64,000 bases of DNA from an uncultured Methanosarcinaceae archaeon (lineage in GTDB: Archaea > Halobacteriota > Methanosarcinia > Methanosarcinales > Methanosarcinaceae). Below the pieces are notes generated by a model. It was not told where the DNA came from and ran no database searches. It was given only the letters and a program-made list of their open reading frames with translations. Below, one piece after another: positions 1-13,200 of the stretch. The translations under genes were made by a program, and so were the position numbers. The stretch is taken from positions 116,578 to 180,577 of the forward strand of contig CAWHXP010000008.1 of the NCBI GenBank assembly GCA_963833425.1, written 5' to 3'. Position 1 is the first letter of the stretch. Each line of letters starts with the position of its first letter.

Positions 1-922
1 CACTCACTAAATAATAAATATATCTTGTTTGCTTTACAACTTTTGTATTCTAGTTCCAAGTAGCAACTTTTAGATAAAAAATGTTGCAGTTTTTAAAAAT
101 TTCCATTGAATTTTTTGGAATCTTTACTTTTCTAGAGATAAAAATAGCAACATATTAGCTTTTATTGTTACAACGATTTCAGTAAAACAGATGTATTTCT
201 CGGAATTAAAGCGATAAATGTTTTCCAATACTAGCTAAAATGAAACTAAATGCAGAAGTTTAGACACAAAAAAAACTGTGCATCAGTAAAAACAATAAAT
301 CCTGTTTTATTTGGTGAAGAAAAATCTGTACCTAGTCAGTCAAAATTTACAGAACTTTTGGTATATTACCGATTTAAACTGCACACTTCATAACATTTTA
401 TATATTTAACAATTTGTTTATATTTATATATAATGATTATTAATTCTTAATAGTATAATATTTTGTATAAATAAACAAAGCTCAATTAAATATTATTGTC
501 TCACGATTAAAAATGAATCAAGTTTCGAAACAACCTACACTCAAAATATGAAGAAAAGTCTCAAAGAATAACTTATTCTACTGAATATAAGAGAAGATAA
601 TTTTCGAAAAATGATACAGTTAATGAATTAGTAGTTATGGTGTAAAATGAGATGAGAAAAGTTATTCAAACAGGTTATCACAAAAATTGACCCATTTTTA
701 TAATTGGATAATAGGCATTGTTGACTTTAAATTTAGATAATTAATTATTCTAAAATTAAGGCATAAATTGACCATATAATAGAATATCTTAGTCCCATTG
801 TAGAATCAATTTTAGTTTTGAGACTTCCTAAAAGACTATTAATTCGAGAGAATCAATAATTTGTGTATGTGTTTCGAAAAATAAAGAAAATTAATTATGT
901 AGCCAATTTAAGGAGAATAAAT

Positions 923-1647
923 ATGCCTAATTATACAGATGATGTTCAAACCAATGGAAAGTTTATTACAGGATCCTTCGGATCAAATGGTGAAATCGAT
1001 TTTAACAGTATCCAATCTAGTGAATTTAGTTCAAAGTATTTAAGCATAATTGATGACCACGGAATTTTAAAAATTTTAGAGACTATAATTGTTCATATTG
1101 AGCACAGAAACCCAGTAATAAAAAGTCTTCTGGAAATAGATTCATCGACAGGTAATGTTGGCATTGGGGTATCAAATCCTCAAGCAAAGCTGGATGTTGA
1201 TGGCACTATTAACGCTTCGCAAGATGTTTATGTTGGAGGTCAAGACTGTGCCGAAGATTTTGAAATTTCGCTAGCAGAAAAAGTTGATCCAGGTACGGTT
1301 ATGGTTCTCAATGATGATGGTAAATTGGTACAAAGTAAACATCCATATGATAAGCGCGTAGCTGGAGTTATTTCTGGATCTGGTGATCTCAAACCAGGCC
1401 TTGTTTTGGGTAGGCAGCCAGGCCATGTAGATAGAGTACCACTTGCCTTGATGGGACTGGTGAATTGCAAAGTAGACGCAGAATATGATCGGGTAGAAGT
1501 TGGCGATTTGCTAACAACCTCAGAAAACCAGGGCATGCTATGAAAGCAAGTGATCCTACAAGATCGTTTGGTACGGTAATTGGCAAGTCTTTGAAGCAGT
1601 TAGATGTTGGACAAGATATTATACCAATTTTAGTATCTTTACAGTGA
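923..1647 (+). pseudogene. Tail-fibre/intramolecular-chaperone-like protein (GNVGIG repeat plus C-terminal DxAEDF...VGDLLTTS...GHAMKA...IPILVSLQ domain), split by one frameshift
   Basis: AGGAGA RBS precedes ATG 923. The ORF stops at 1543, but adding one A to the GAAAA run at ~1523 continues it as PGHAMKASDPTRSFGTVIGKSLKQLDVGQDIIPILVSLQ* to TGA 1647. Confidence 0.65.
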
Positions 1648-2586
1648 TTGGAGGGTTTCAATGGAGAGTCTAAAAGCTGCCCTGCAAGAATTATCAAACT
1701 TTCGTCCAGGCACTAACCTCAACAGTATGAGTGCCGGTGCTTCATATGTCAATATGACTCGTCCTATTAGTTTGAAAACGATGATAGAAAATATTGATAA
1801 ACGCGGTCGCTGCGCCGAGCTCAAGTGCGGAGCTGGGACCATTCTATACTCGTCGTCGACGATCATGACAGTCCTGAACCGAGAGCCCAGTTGCACCGAG
1901 TCTGGATATATCACTGCGGAGACGGCGAACAGTTTTTATGGCCCATTGCCCTCGGCGCCGGGAAAAAACTTCATTCAGTCCTTCTTGGCCATCGACGAGG
2001 CTCCGATAATTCACAAACCTGGCAAATCACGCCCTCCGCTGGTTCTTGGCAACCGTTAGCAATAAATGACTTAATCTCATGTCCTACAACAGACTGATAA
2101 TTAATTTTAAGTGAAAATCGCCCTAACTCACTCGAGAAAGTGCCATAAATAGCCCCACAATCGCTCTTCTCATGCTCTATATATTACCAGAATTTACATT
2201 TTATTATGTTTTTTTTCAATTATTAGTACCTTGATTTATATTATTTTAAAGTAATAAAAGTATACGAACAATATCTCGTGGGTACTTACCGTGCAAAGCC
2301 GGCAAAATATGGGGATTCAGTTTTGTCGGGAAACGACTTATTCTCAGGCGATTTGTGAGACTTTTATTGAGAGTTTCATGTAATAATTGCCCGGCTTAGA
2401 AAATGTCTCTAACGACCTTATAATGGCTCATATTTGATTTGATTCGACGCATATAAGTCCCGCTTGCATGCAGAACAAAAATAACTCAATATTAAATACA
2501 AGCTTAGCTAATATTAATCATAAAAAATAAAAAACGGTGTTCACAATGGCACGTCCATCATTACTATTATAAGGGGTGATTTTAAT

Positions 2587-2733
2587 ATGGCAGAGGAAAA
2601 AGATCAAAGTGAACAGGAAGAACTTAATAAGAATTCTCTGGAATCATTGCTTAAAGAAAAGCAAAGAAAACAGGTTCGTTCAGATTATCGGCGTAGTCTG
2701 GGCAGCGAAGCTGGTAGAAGATATAAGGAATGA
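2587..2733 (+). CDS. Small charged hypothetical protein (48 aa, MAEEKDQSEQEELNKNSLESLLKEKQRKQVRSDYRRSLGSEAGRRYKE)
   Basis: GGGGTGA RBS upstream, protein-like composition; below the ORF-track cutoff. Confidence 0.5.
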   Translation: MAEEKDQSEQEELNKNSLESLLKEKQRKQVRSDYRRSLGSEAGRRYKE

Positions 2734-3309
2734 GTTAATAAAAAAAAATATTAAAGTATAACGATTTAATAAATTATGCAGAACAGATCGATAAGCTTTC
2801 AAAAATAAGTTAGATACTGTTGGTGTGTTCAACATCAACAGTATTTCTCTACCCAATTCATGATGAACTTTGATTTACATAATAGTCAATTTTCACAACA
2901 CTCATACCCATATACCAAGTTCTATCATATTGCAATTGAGCATTCTTTGGATGTGCGTTTAATAGATTTACTATTTTTTTGTCTCAATGTCCCTGCCTTT
3001 AACAATTTCTATATCCTGATAGACCAACGAATTATTAAATATCGTTGAACTATACGCATACTTAAGCCCATTAGAAATCAAATTCTAATCACTTGGATTT
3101 GTAGTTATCTTTTGATCATCATTAAATAGATATATAGTTACAGATGAATATGCATAACCCGATGAAACTACTTTTAGGCAATTTATTAGTACCCGTTTAT
3201 CAACTCCTACTCCCGCTCCAACACGCTCCAATGTCAAAGCAAAAAAATCCATAAAACTTTGAGAAATAATATTTACTTAGGACTATTAAAAATATTTTGA
3301 TAGTCCTAG

Positions 3310-3517
3310 AAGGATCAGGCCACCTAGAATTTAGAATTGAATATAGGGTTAGTATGTGCTGCTTTTTTAGGAAAAAGCTCAATGTTAAATTTGTGAAGAT
3401 TCCAAAGTATAGTAATAACATTATTAATATTTAATTTTTTTTTGATTATGAAAAATCTTATGTTCAATTCTTTTTCGTTTAGCAACTGTTTTTCGTATGA
3501 TTAATTTGAAGTAATTA
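3310..3517 (+). repeat. Dispersed upstream module, copy A
   Basis: ATCAGGCC...AATTTAGAA...TGCTTTTTTAGGAAAAAGCTCAATGTTAAATTTGTGAAGA aligns by eye to 42284-42368. Core TTTTTCGTTTAGCAACTGTTTTTCGTATGATTAATTTGAAGTAATT at 3471-3516. Confidence 0.75.
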
Positions 3518-3625
3518 GGATAATAAAAATAACTCTAGTTCGGTAAGTATATTTTCAATATATGAAAAAAGAATAAAATTTACAACATCAGCTGATTCAT
3601 AAAAATAAATTAGAGTGTGTATCGA

Positions 3626-3760
3626 ATGGGAAAACAAATATTAAACAGAACAAAAAATATACTGGTTTTTTACTGGTGGTGGTTTTGTAGTATCAGTGAC
3701 ATCTGTGGCAGTAAGCGCTGCCCCCATCATGGTGGACATCATCACCACCATCATCAATGA
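3626..3760 (+). CDS. His-rich miniprotein (ends PHHGGHHHHHHQ); probable scrambled signal peptide
   Basis: 44-codon ORF. Alternative frames read LLVVV and VVSVTSVAVSAAP, which resemble a signal peptide. Confidence 0.45.
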   Translation: MGKQILNRTKNILVFYWWWFCSISDICGSKRCPHHGGHHHHHHQ

Positions 3761-4025
3761 TATATCTAATCAAAACAATCACTGAATCTAAGCACTACTG
3801 TGTATGAAATTAAACAACATAATAGCCATTTTAAAAACTTCAAAAATAAATTTTACACTTTTTTGTCAGCAAACACTCTAAAGAGCAATGGTTAGCAAAA
3901 TAGCCGAAAGGATTTAAGATGGATAGAAGCTTCGAAAAGTAGAATGCAAATAACCGCAATGACAAGCGAAATAGGCTTTATACAAATAGCTGACGTATAA
4001 TTAATTATCTCTTGGGAGGTTAAAT

Positions 4026-4204
4026 ATACCTGACTTAATAGGCCTTGCAATATTTTTTTTAATATTTACTCTGATTTCGTATATATTAGGTGCACAGGGG
4101 ATTGAGGTTTTTCGATGGAAATCGCAAAACGGCTTATAATAATCTTTGTTATACTTGCTATCATCTCGGCTTTGTTTCTATCTGCTTTAATACCTACTGT
4201 TTAA
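4026..4204 (+). pseudogene. DUF1328 (UPF0391) small membrane protein
   Basis: GGGAGGT RBS, start decayed to ATA; reads PDLIGLAIFFLIFTLISYILGAQGI / FSMEIAKRLIIIFVILAIISALF with one frameshift. Confidence 0.7.
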
Positions 4205-4620
4205 AATAATTCAAAATCCAGAAAATAATATCATAACCGTTTTTACTTTTTTGGTCTCATATTTAAAGGCAACAATGTTTCTGTAAAGCCTGAGGAGTAT
4301 TAAAGTTTTTACCTTCTGCACAGTTTTTGTATAAAATCTCTGTATTTTCAGTTTTAATCAAAAATTTTAAGACCATTTTTATCTGAATTTTAAATAAATT
4401 AAAGATTTATTGAAGCCATTACATAATGAAAAGTTAAAATATTGCTATTAGATCAAATTAGGCACTAGCCTAATAATGAAGAAAAACGGGAAAATGAGAT
4501 GAGCATCAGATCGATTCTAAAAAAAGCAAATTTAGGCCCTAATTGATACATTTTGTTCCGACATTTACGAACAATCTGTTTTTCAAGATTGATCTGATTT
4601 CCAAACAAACTCTTAGAGGT

Positions 4621-5328
4621 TTAGTTTCGTTTTATGGCTATGTTAGTATTTTCCTTTACCAACCTGCCTTTTGAAAAATTGTATGTTATAAACTCACCTG
4701 TGGAGAAGCTGACTTCTCTTATATCCTTGTCAGAAATATTTTCAATATATTTGACTATAGATCTCAAACTGCCCAGATGGGCACAAACTATCACATTTTT
4801 TCCGTCTTTCATTGCAGGCATAACTTTTTGCTCGAAATAAGGCACAACACGCTCATACACAGCTTTGAGACTCTCACCTTTCGGTGGGCCTGGCTTGAAA
4901 TCCCAGCGCCAGGAAGCAAGCCTTTCAGGACCATATTTTTCTTCCATTTTCTGCTTTTCTTTGCCCTGAAGCTCTCCATAATAACGTTCGTTTAAAGCAG
5001 CTGTAAAGTATACTGGGATAAGACTTTTGTCGAGTTTTTTGGGGCAAGAATACCATTCGATCTTTCCTATTCCGTTTTCATCACCTACCTTTTCATGGAT
5101 CAAAATTCCTGTTTTTTTCTGCCTTGATAATATGACTAAAAGAGTTTCTTGTGTTCTGACAAGGTTTGAGGCAAAAGCAAGATCCATTTCTTTATCTTCA
5201 ATTTTTACCGCACAATCAAGAGCTTCTTCAATTCCTTTTCTGCTAAGAGGAATGTCCATCCAGCCTACAAATCTGTCATCGGGCTTCAAAAATGGCTCCC
5301 CATGCCTAACAAGTATAAGATATCCCAT
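4621..5328 (-). CDS. gpmA: 2,3-bisphosphoglycerate-dependent phosphoglycerate mutase (histidine phosphatase family)
   Basis: LILVRHG, LNERYYGELQG, PPKGESLK and NVIVCAH motifs; start set at MGYLILVRHG. Confidence 0.85.
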   Translation of the reverse strand: MGYLILVRHGEPFLKPDDRFVGWMDIPLSRKGIEEALDCAVKIEDKEMDLAFASNLVRTQETLLVILSRQKKTGILIHEKVGDENGIGKIEWYSCPKKLDKSLIPVYFTAALNERYYGELQGKEKQKMEEKYGPERLASWRWDFKPGPPKGESLKAVYERVVPYFEQKVMPAMKDGKNVIVCAHLGSLRSIVKYIENISDKDIREVSFSTGEFITYNFSKGRLVKENTNIAIKRN

Positions 5329-5394
5329 AGAATCGCATTCCAAAAAATTGCACAAACAAATTTTGACAATCTTCAACACTTACTGATATTAAGT

Positions 5395-5500
5395 AGTTAT
5401 TTTAAATTAATTTTAAGAAAAATAATTCCTGAATAAAATTTATTTCCTTATAAGATATTTTAACACGGACAATAATTTGATATAAATATTTTTTTTATAA
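5395..5500 (-). repeat. Dispersed upstream module, copy B (upstream of gpmA)
   Basis: Reverse strand TATCAAATTATTGTCCGTGTTAAAATATCTTATAAGGAAATAAATTTTATTCAGGAATTATTTTTCTTAAAATTAATTTAAAATAACT closely matches 26334-26420. Confidence 0.8.
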
Positions 5501-7111
5501 GTATCCTTGACTAAAATTTTTCTCTGTTGTTTCACTGATGCATACGTGTATAGCAAAATTTATGTATCTGTATTATATTAATCACTATTTTTATCAAATG
5601 AGAAAATTGATTTTGAGAGTATCAAAATTTTCTTACTGGTCTTAACTTATAGATAAAGTATAGAAATAACATTAAAAACTTTTTTTGGAATTCTTTCTCA
5701 AATCTGTTTACTGTAGTAAAAAATTGAATGTAGAGTATGATTCAGTTTAATTAGTTTCAGATTTTCCATGAGCTCCAGATGTTCTAGGAGTCCCATAAGT
5801 TCCATGAGTCTTGGATCAGCAACATTTCTTTAATCTATATGAAACTTAGGTAATTAGAATATTTTAGCATAAAAATATGCAGTGTTGTACCACATGATCA
5901 AAAGATTATCTTTTTCCTGCTCAGTTACAATGAATGATTTTGTACAGTAATGATACCAAATGTCTAGCTTACGAAATCGAACTAGTCCTCGGGGATCACA
6001 GATCATTTTTTCCAGTACTGCTTAAGCACTGAGTACATGTGTGTACACAAGCACAAAATTGCCTATACCATGAGTCGTATTCATTTTTGTGTACATACTC
6101 GAAAACAAAAACGCGATAATGTATATCTTCCAATAGATCTGTACTTATGTTATATTTAATCAGGTAGATGTTGACAGATGCGATAATCAAAGGCTTTGAA
6201 CGAGTCCTGACTATGCAGGAAGCGGCTAATAATTCTAAGGGTAAGTCGGATCCAATAGTGCTGCAAGAAGCCTGAATCAGGGAGATACACGAGCAGACAA
6301 AGTCAATGTTAATCATATAGACGTCAAGATAAGGATTAACTCAACAAGCCAAAATAGACGATCTAAAAACTCGCATCCAACCACTTCATGGCTAATTGGA
6401 TGTTACGGGAGCCGCTGCACACTTCGATTGAATAGACAGAAATGCTGGATGAGAGTGTTTACAAAAATGCTGTGCATATTCAAAGTTTAATTCCTTAAAA
6501 TAAGAGGGTAAACATCAATCTGCTTCCAGCTGATGCAGAAACAAGTAAGGCATGGCAGAAGTTTTGCCAAGTTAAGCTGTCATTAAACCAGAAGACAAAT
6601 CCAAGTCTTTATTTATCCCTGAGTATTCATTCTTAAATTCTTGCACAAAAATTTAATGTTTCCAGCAATTAAAATCTAAATGCGATGCTACGTAATTTAT
6701 CAATTTTAGTGTCATAAAATCGTTGTGGTTCAAATTATTTCAGCACATTAGATCATAGATATTAAGATCTTAATGTATATGCAAGAATTCTCAAAATGAT
6801 ATTTGTGCATTAGATCCAATAAACTATATAATAAGTTTTAGATATTTCTAAATATATTGACAACTTTCAAACAGTGCAAAATCTTGCTTTATTGGGGGCA
6901 TAAAATGAAAGACGAACTGGATATAGGGCTGCTTTCTCGAATAATGTTATAAGCCAAAATCAGGCTGCAGACAAAATGACAGTAGATGTTTATGACTTAT
7001 ATGGTAAAAAATTAATAGAAGGAGTTACGCCGGCAAATTCAGTCCACGCTCTTGAATCGATTTCTATAACATCGAAAGAGAAATAAAAATTCCACTAAAA
7101 TATTAAATAAG

Positions 7112-7142
7112 TGGGGATGATTTTAATCCCCATACTATTTTT
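7112..7142. terminator. Hairpin TGGGGAT...ATCCCCA followed by a T-run
   Basis: Inverted repeat plus T tract in the intergenic region downstream of serS. Confidence 0.4.
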
Positions 7143-7358
7143 GAATAAAATGCAAATTACATTGCAATAATTGAGAAAGCTTGTAATTTTTAGATATGTG
7201 TGTACAAAGATGCCATTTTATTTATATTACTATATATTATTTTTAGGATTGTTCAGATGGAGTACTCAATAATAATGACAACTTTGTATACTATGACAAA
7301 GTATAGTTACTGATTCATGTAGTTAAAAAAATAGGGATAAAACAAACTCCTCTAAGTT

Positions 7359-8672
<1,314 letters not shown>

Positions 8673-8882
8673 TCAGACTATAAGCCTATTATGAAAAAAA
8701 GTTATGTGCAACTTTTCTGCAAAACCATGACTCTAAAGAAGTTATTAAGTAGAAAATTTCAATTGAAAGAACTGTACATAAAGCAGCGTTAGGAATAAAA
8801 AGACACCCATCTCAAAAGAAAGACGATACAAATATAAATAATTGAAACTATTTTTACATGTAATTTAATGTGTTTTATGAAT

Positions 8883-8977
8883 TACAAGTAAAATAATATG
8901 TATTATTTAATAAATTTATTTTAACTTGTATTGTTATTTACAATTAAATAACTCATATGATTAATAACAAGTAAAAA
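8883..8977. promoter_or_regulatory. Putative operator: ACAAGTAAAA repeats (direct and inverted)
   Basis: TACAAGTAAAAT at 8883, inverted ATTTTAACTTGTA at 8918, AACAAGTAAAAA at 8966, just upstream of satD. Confidence 0.4.
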
Positions 8978-8999
8978 ACAATAATGGCGTTGTATCATT

Positions 9000-9668
9000 A
9001 TGAGAAAGAAACTGTTTGTTGTACAAGGTGATATTATAGATTCCCGAAAAATAAAAGATAGGGATGAATTTCAATATAAACTGGATTCTGCCTGCAAGCG
9101 CATAAATACAAACTTTGAAGAAGACATCCACGGAAATTTAAAAATAATAAAGGGTATAGATGAAATTGAAGGAGTCTTGGAGAAGATATCAAGCATTTAC
9201 AAAATAATTACCATAATCCAGAAATCAATTTATCCTCAAAAGATTCGCTTTACTGTAGTATACGGGTATATTGATACTGCAGTGGATTCAAAGAATGTAG
9301 AAAAAATGGATGGCCCAGCGATGCATAAAGCAGCAGACCGAATTATGAAGTTGAAAAAATCGAGTTTTTTATTTGACATTGATACAGGGAACGCCATTAT
9401 TGACCCACTTCTAAAAGGGCAGATAAATCTTTTAATTTTTTATAAGGCCAAATGGACACCGAGAAGAAACCAAATAATAGAAAATTACACTGTGCATAAA
9501 AACCAGGCTATTGTAGCAGAAGAATTATCAATAACCCAACAAGCTGTGTCGGATTCTCTTAGAAAAATAAACTGGGAGGAAATCAATTTAATGGAAGAGG
9601 AATTAAATCATGTGCTGGAACTCTACAATGATTCCATCTTGAACGAAGGAGATTTAGATGGGGTTTGA
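9000..9668 (+). CDS. SatD family protein with C-terminal HTH
   Basis: VVQGDIIDSRK, GxDEIEG, MDGPAMHKA; C-terminal NQAIVAEELSITQQAVS HTH. Confidence 0.85.
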   Translation: MRKKLFVVQGDIIDSRKIKDRDEFQYKLDSACKRINTNFEEDIHGNLKIIKGIDEIEGVLEKISSIYKIITIIQKSIYPQKIRFTVVYGYIDTAVDSKNVEKMDGPAMHKAADRIMKLKKSSFLFDIDTGNAIIDPLLKGQINLLIFYKAKWTPRRNQIIENYTVHKNQAIVAEELSITQQAVSDSLRKINWEEINLMEEELNHVLELYNDSILNEGDLDGV

Positions 9669-10074
9669 AAATATTTTGGACTATATGCGTACTTATTGGC
9701 AAGTTTTTTTGCTGATCTCAGCATCTTATTTATTTTTGATTTTAACAAGTGGGTATGTTCTCAAGTTTATTCTGTCTTATGTTTCAACAAAAAGAAAAAA
9801 CGAAATCAAAGACGATGTTATCCCCGATGATTCTAAAATTAGAGATACGGGCGTTATAGTTGGTAAATGTGAAAATTTACTTATACCCACCTTAATAATC
9901 TTGGATGCTTACACAGCTTTAGCAATTATATTTACAGCAAAAACGATTGTCAGAGCTGAAGATATGAAAAGTGAAAATACACTATATTTTTTAGCCGGTA
10001 CAATGATTAATTTTACTTATTCCGTCTGTATAGGAATTATTATGAAAATTATAATATTTATCTACTTTGGCTAA
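9658..10074 (+). CDS. Membrane protein, usual satD partner (SatE/DUF3307-like)
   Basis: Overlaps satD end; TGVIVGKCEN, AKTIVR and YFLAGTMIN motifs; hydrophobic helices. Confidence 0.75.
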   Translation: MGFENILDYMRTYWQVFLLISASYLFLILTSGYVLKFILSYVSTKRKNEIKDDVIPDDSKIRDTGVIVGKCENLLIPTLIILDAYTALAIIFTAKTIVRAEDMKSENTLYFLAGTMINFTYSVCIGIIMKIIIFIYFG

Positions 10075-10123
10075 GATCTTTTATAAAAATCCAATTTAGA
10101 ATAAATGATATTCTCATTTAGTC

Positions 10124-10252
10124 GGGACTTACGCGATTGAACCAAGGATCGAATAGCACAAACATTCAATCGATTAGATTATGAACATGTGGTACCAAAT
10201 TAACCACAATAGACTTTGCAGTTGGAGCTAATTTTTCAGTTGAAAAGTTACT
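10124..10252. mobile_element. MITE-like element, GGACTTACGC-end family
   Basis: Left end GGGACTTACGCG is shared with 22823, 46616 and 53064; right end degenerate. Confidence 0.5.
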
Positions 10253-10836
10253 ATCTTAATAAGCACCGAAAATGAATGTGACTTCCTTAAATAACTATTT
10301 TCCAAATATAATTTATGTGCGTCGCATTTAGAAAATGATCTTGAATTACCCACTCAAAACATCGAATAGCCGTATATTTCTTAATTCATGCTCGAATCAC
10401 TTTTTCTGACTTTTAGTTAGATCATAGTAAATATATAGTATAATACTCATCCATCAACACCGTGTAATAGACGACTTAACCATAGCCATAGAGAAAATTG
10501 TTTTATTCAAATGTTACCATATTCCCTGCGGTTGAGGGCACTATATCTGACAAGGAGCCAGAACATACTCTTTTTACAAATAGCTGTGATCTGGAGCATT
10601 ATCCGAAAACAAAAAACGTAGTTCACTTCATTTCCCAAAAAAGGTTGTATATTCGAGATCAAGTAGACTCTTGGAATAACAAAAGGTATCTTAACTTGGT
10701 AATATCCGTTGTTAACAGAGAAAAAGGACTAAACCGGTTTTAATTTTATTGAATAGGTGATGCTCGATAAAAATACATGTTAAGATTAATTTATAGAAAT
10801 AAAATGGCAATTATTATAATAAAAATAATACCAAAG

Positions 10837-11121
10837 TCAATAAGCTTGATTTTCATTTTTTTCCCAGAACTTCTCGGCTTCTTCCTCCATTTCTTCCAGC
10901 CTGTCATAGTAATCCGAAAACTCATTTAAATGAGCCAAAGCTATTTTTCCTGTTATTATAGGATCATCATTAGTAACGTTTGTCAGGGGGTCTTTGGTCC
11001 CGTGTTCCAACTCTACATCCATGCCCCTGCGGAACTGATCGACATCAAATTGATCCCATTTTATTCCCAGTTCATCCCCAACTGCCTTTGCCTCTTGTGC
11101 CGTAAATTGTTTCTTTGTCAA
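10837..11121 (-). CDS. DUF5661 family protein
   Basis: QFRRGMDVELEHG...TNDDPIITGKIALAHLNEFSDYYDRL motif. Confidence 0.85.
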   Translation of the reverse strand: MTKKQFTAQEAKAVGDELGIKWDQFDVDQFRRGMDVELEHGTKDPLTNVTNDDPIITGKIALAHLNEFSDYYDRLEEMEEEAEKFWEKNENQAY

Positions 11122-12617
11122 GTTGATCCCTTCGACCAGAATTCAATTTTTGATTAACGATTTAGTTTCTGATCTATATTTAATATGATTTATACTTAAA
11201 GATTATCCTGTAAAAACCTTTTATATATTTTATCTATTGTTGAGCTTTAAAATGAAGCTATGGTGTGCTAAATGGCCTTCTGAGATGCCGACAAATTTAG
11301 TTATGTTCAGATGAAAATAACTAAATTTGAAATATATAGAGTTTTGATTCAAATTTTCTTGTGATTTGCATAATACTCTCCCTTAATTACGATGGAATTT
11401 TTTTAGACATTTATAGTGAACTCGAAATTGGAACATTGATGAAGTGCTGCTAAAACTTTGGAAGCATAATTTAGCTCATTCTATGTGCAAAATAAATTCT
11501 TTGAAATACCTTGTTTCACTTACATTCACTATTATATTTATTTTCAATACTTTGAAATTCTTCCAAATGAAAGAGTACTTGATTCACCAAACAGTAAGTT
11601 TTACCTAAATGATTATGCCCTAAGATAAACCTTTAAAAATGTTAATTGAGCATATCTACTCGATTTTTCATGAAAATTGCCTTGAAAATGATGGGAATAT
11701 ATATTGCCATACAGAAATCAATTTTTTGACAGATTTATTGGCATTGGTATTGATTTCAAAAAGGGAACTGGTTCCAGATATCCATTTCAAGAAACTACTG
11801 TCGAGAATTTCATAAACTCCTCCACATTTGAGTATTGAGTGGTTTTGATATCCTAACAATAATTTTTACTCATGAAAAACTCTTATTAACTTTGTTCTTT
11901 GAAAAGAATATACAACTATCTTCAGTCAATTAGAAACAAATTTACTGAAATTTATTCCTTAATTAATTCGAATCTTTTTGTACCATTTTTGAGTTCAGAT
12001 TTTAACAAACAGTTTTGAAGCAGGCTTGGAGTTAAAGTAATCATTATTTTCAAAATACTGTTTTACAGCAACAGCTGGTCTTTCTGGTGGGAGCAGTCAG
12101 TAATAATAGCTCCTGTGTGCATTGTAACAAGTATAGGTTACAGGATTAAAACTCAATAGTAATGGTAGCCGATCCTGTGAAAATCGAGTTTCTTGGATCT
12201 GTTAAGATCATTATTGATATAATTTCATTTGTTATAATTTTAAACGTATTTTGATTGAAATAATTGAAAAAAAGAAAAGTATGTGTATAAATCAAAAAAA
12301 GATTCACTAATGGATTAGATCTACAAAATAGAAGAATAACTGGCAAATTCTGTATGAAAATAAAACTATCTATATAGAGATCAAGGTAAAAAATAATTAA
12401 GTTGATAAATTTATAAATATTCTATTTAATTTAATGTTGTATTAGCCTTATTTTAGGCAAATCATAATATCCAAAAAGGAAAAAGTAAATTATATTTAAA
12501 CAAAAATTGTATACAATGGCTTTAATTTAAACAGCTATAATTTTAATGTTGATGAATATATATTTAGATGTAGCGCTATATGTATATAATAATAACTCTG
12601 GCGGCAATATTATCTAT

Positions 12618-12754
12618 TTAGAGCCTATCCGAAAACTCATAGGGCATTTTGTAAAAGTTATAATGAGTCTATAGTGTCAAGTATCCATTCTGGTTGTAAT
12701 ATTGCCGTTTATAAAAGTTTCAAAGTAATCACAAAACTTATCTATAGGCTCTAA
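12618..12754. mobile_element. MITE-like element with TTAGAGCCTAT terminal inverted repeats
   Basis: TTAGAGCCTAT (12618) and ATAGGCTCTAA (12744) form a perfect 11-bp IR around a 137-bp element. Confidence 0.65.
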
Positions 12755-12806
12755 TTGGGACTTCAGATTCACTTATGATTTCAAGACCTCAAAGTAAACA
12801 ATGGCT

Positions 12807-13200
12807 TCACCCCCTATCCCCTGCCTTTGAAGCTAATGTTTCTATGATGGCGATATTTTGTAACAACTCCTGAGGCAAACCATGTCGTTCCTTTATGTAG
12901 GCAGACCTGTTGTACGAAACCCAAACTTTTCCCTTGCCATCTTTCCAAATTAGAATCTTTAAAGGTAGGTCGATGGCCGTACTGGGAGCAGCTATCATAA
13001 GAGGCGTCCCTGCATTGGGGCTGCCAAAAATCAGCAGTTTGGTGGGTAGCATGCTCATTCCCACCTTTTCCGCTGTGGTTGACCAGCGCAAACAGAGTAA
13101 TTCCCTTGAATTCCAGAATATTCTTGAGCCTTTCCACTGTCTTTTCGACCGAGTGATTACTCGGTTTCTTGATGATTCCGTTGTCTGTTGTTGATGCCAT
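12807..13200 (-). pseudogene. DUF302 family protein, frameshifted
   Basis: SNHSVEKTVERLKNIL...LFALVNHS in one frame; LLIFGSPNAGTPLM...AIDLPLKILIW...VWVSY in another. Confidence 0.85.

Noticed and set aside
15..130. Possible further degenerate copy of the upstream module
   Set aside because: The similarity is too weak to separate from AT-rich background without alignment statistics.
1661..2059. 132-aa ORF
   Set aside because: It looks like a chimera of AT-rich and GC-rich DNA; the GC-rich part may be a foreign gene fragment on either strand and could not be identified.
3200..3421. Track ORF (73 aa, minus strand)
   Set aside because: It overlaps non-coding module copy A and has no protein-like features.
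5765..5810. Similarity to 35565-35600 (HGTYGTP/HRAYGAPGTPG-like on the minus strand)
   Set aside because: About 40 bp only; likely remnants of a small repetitive gene family, not interpretable further.
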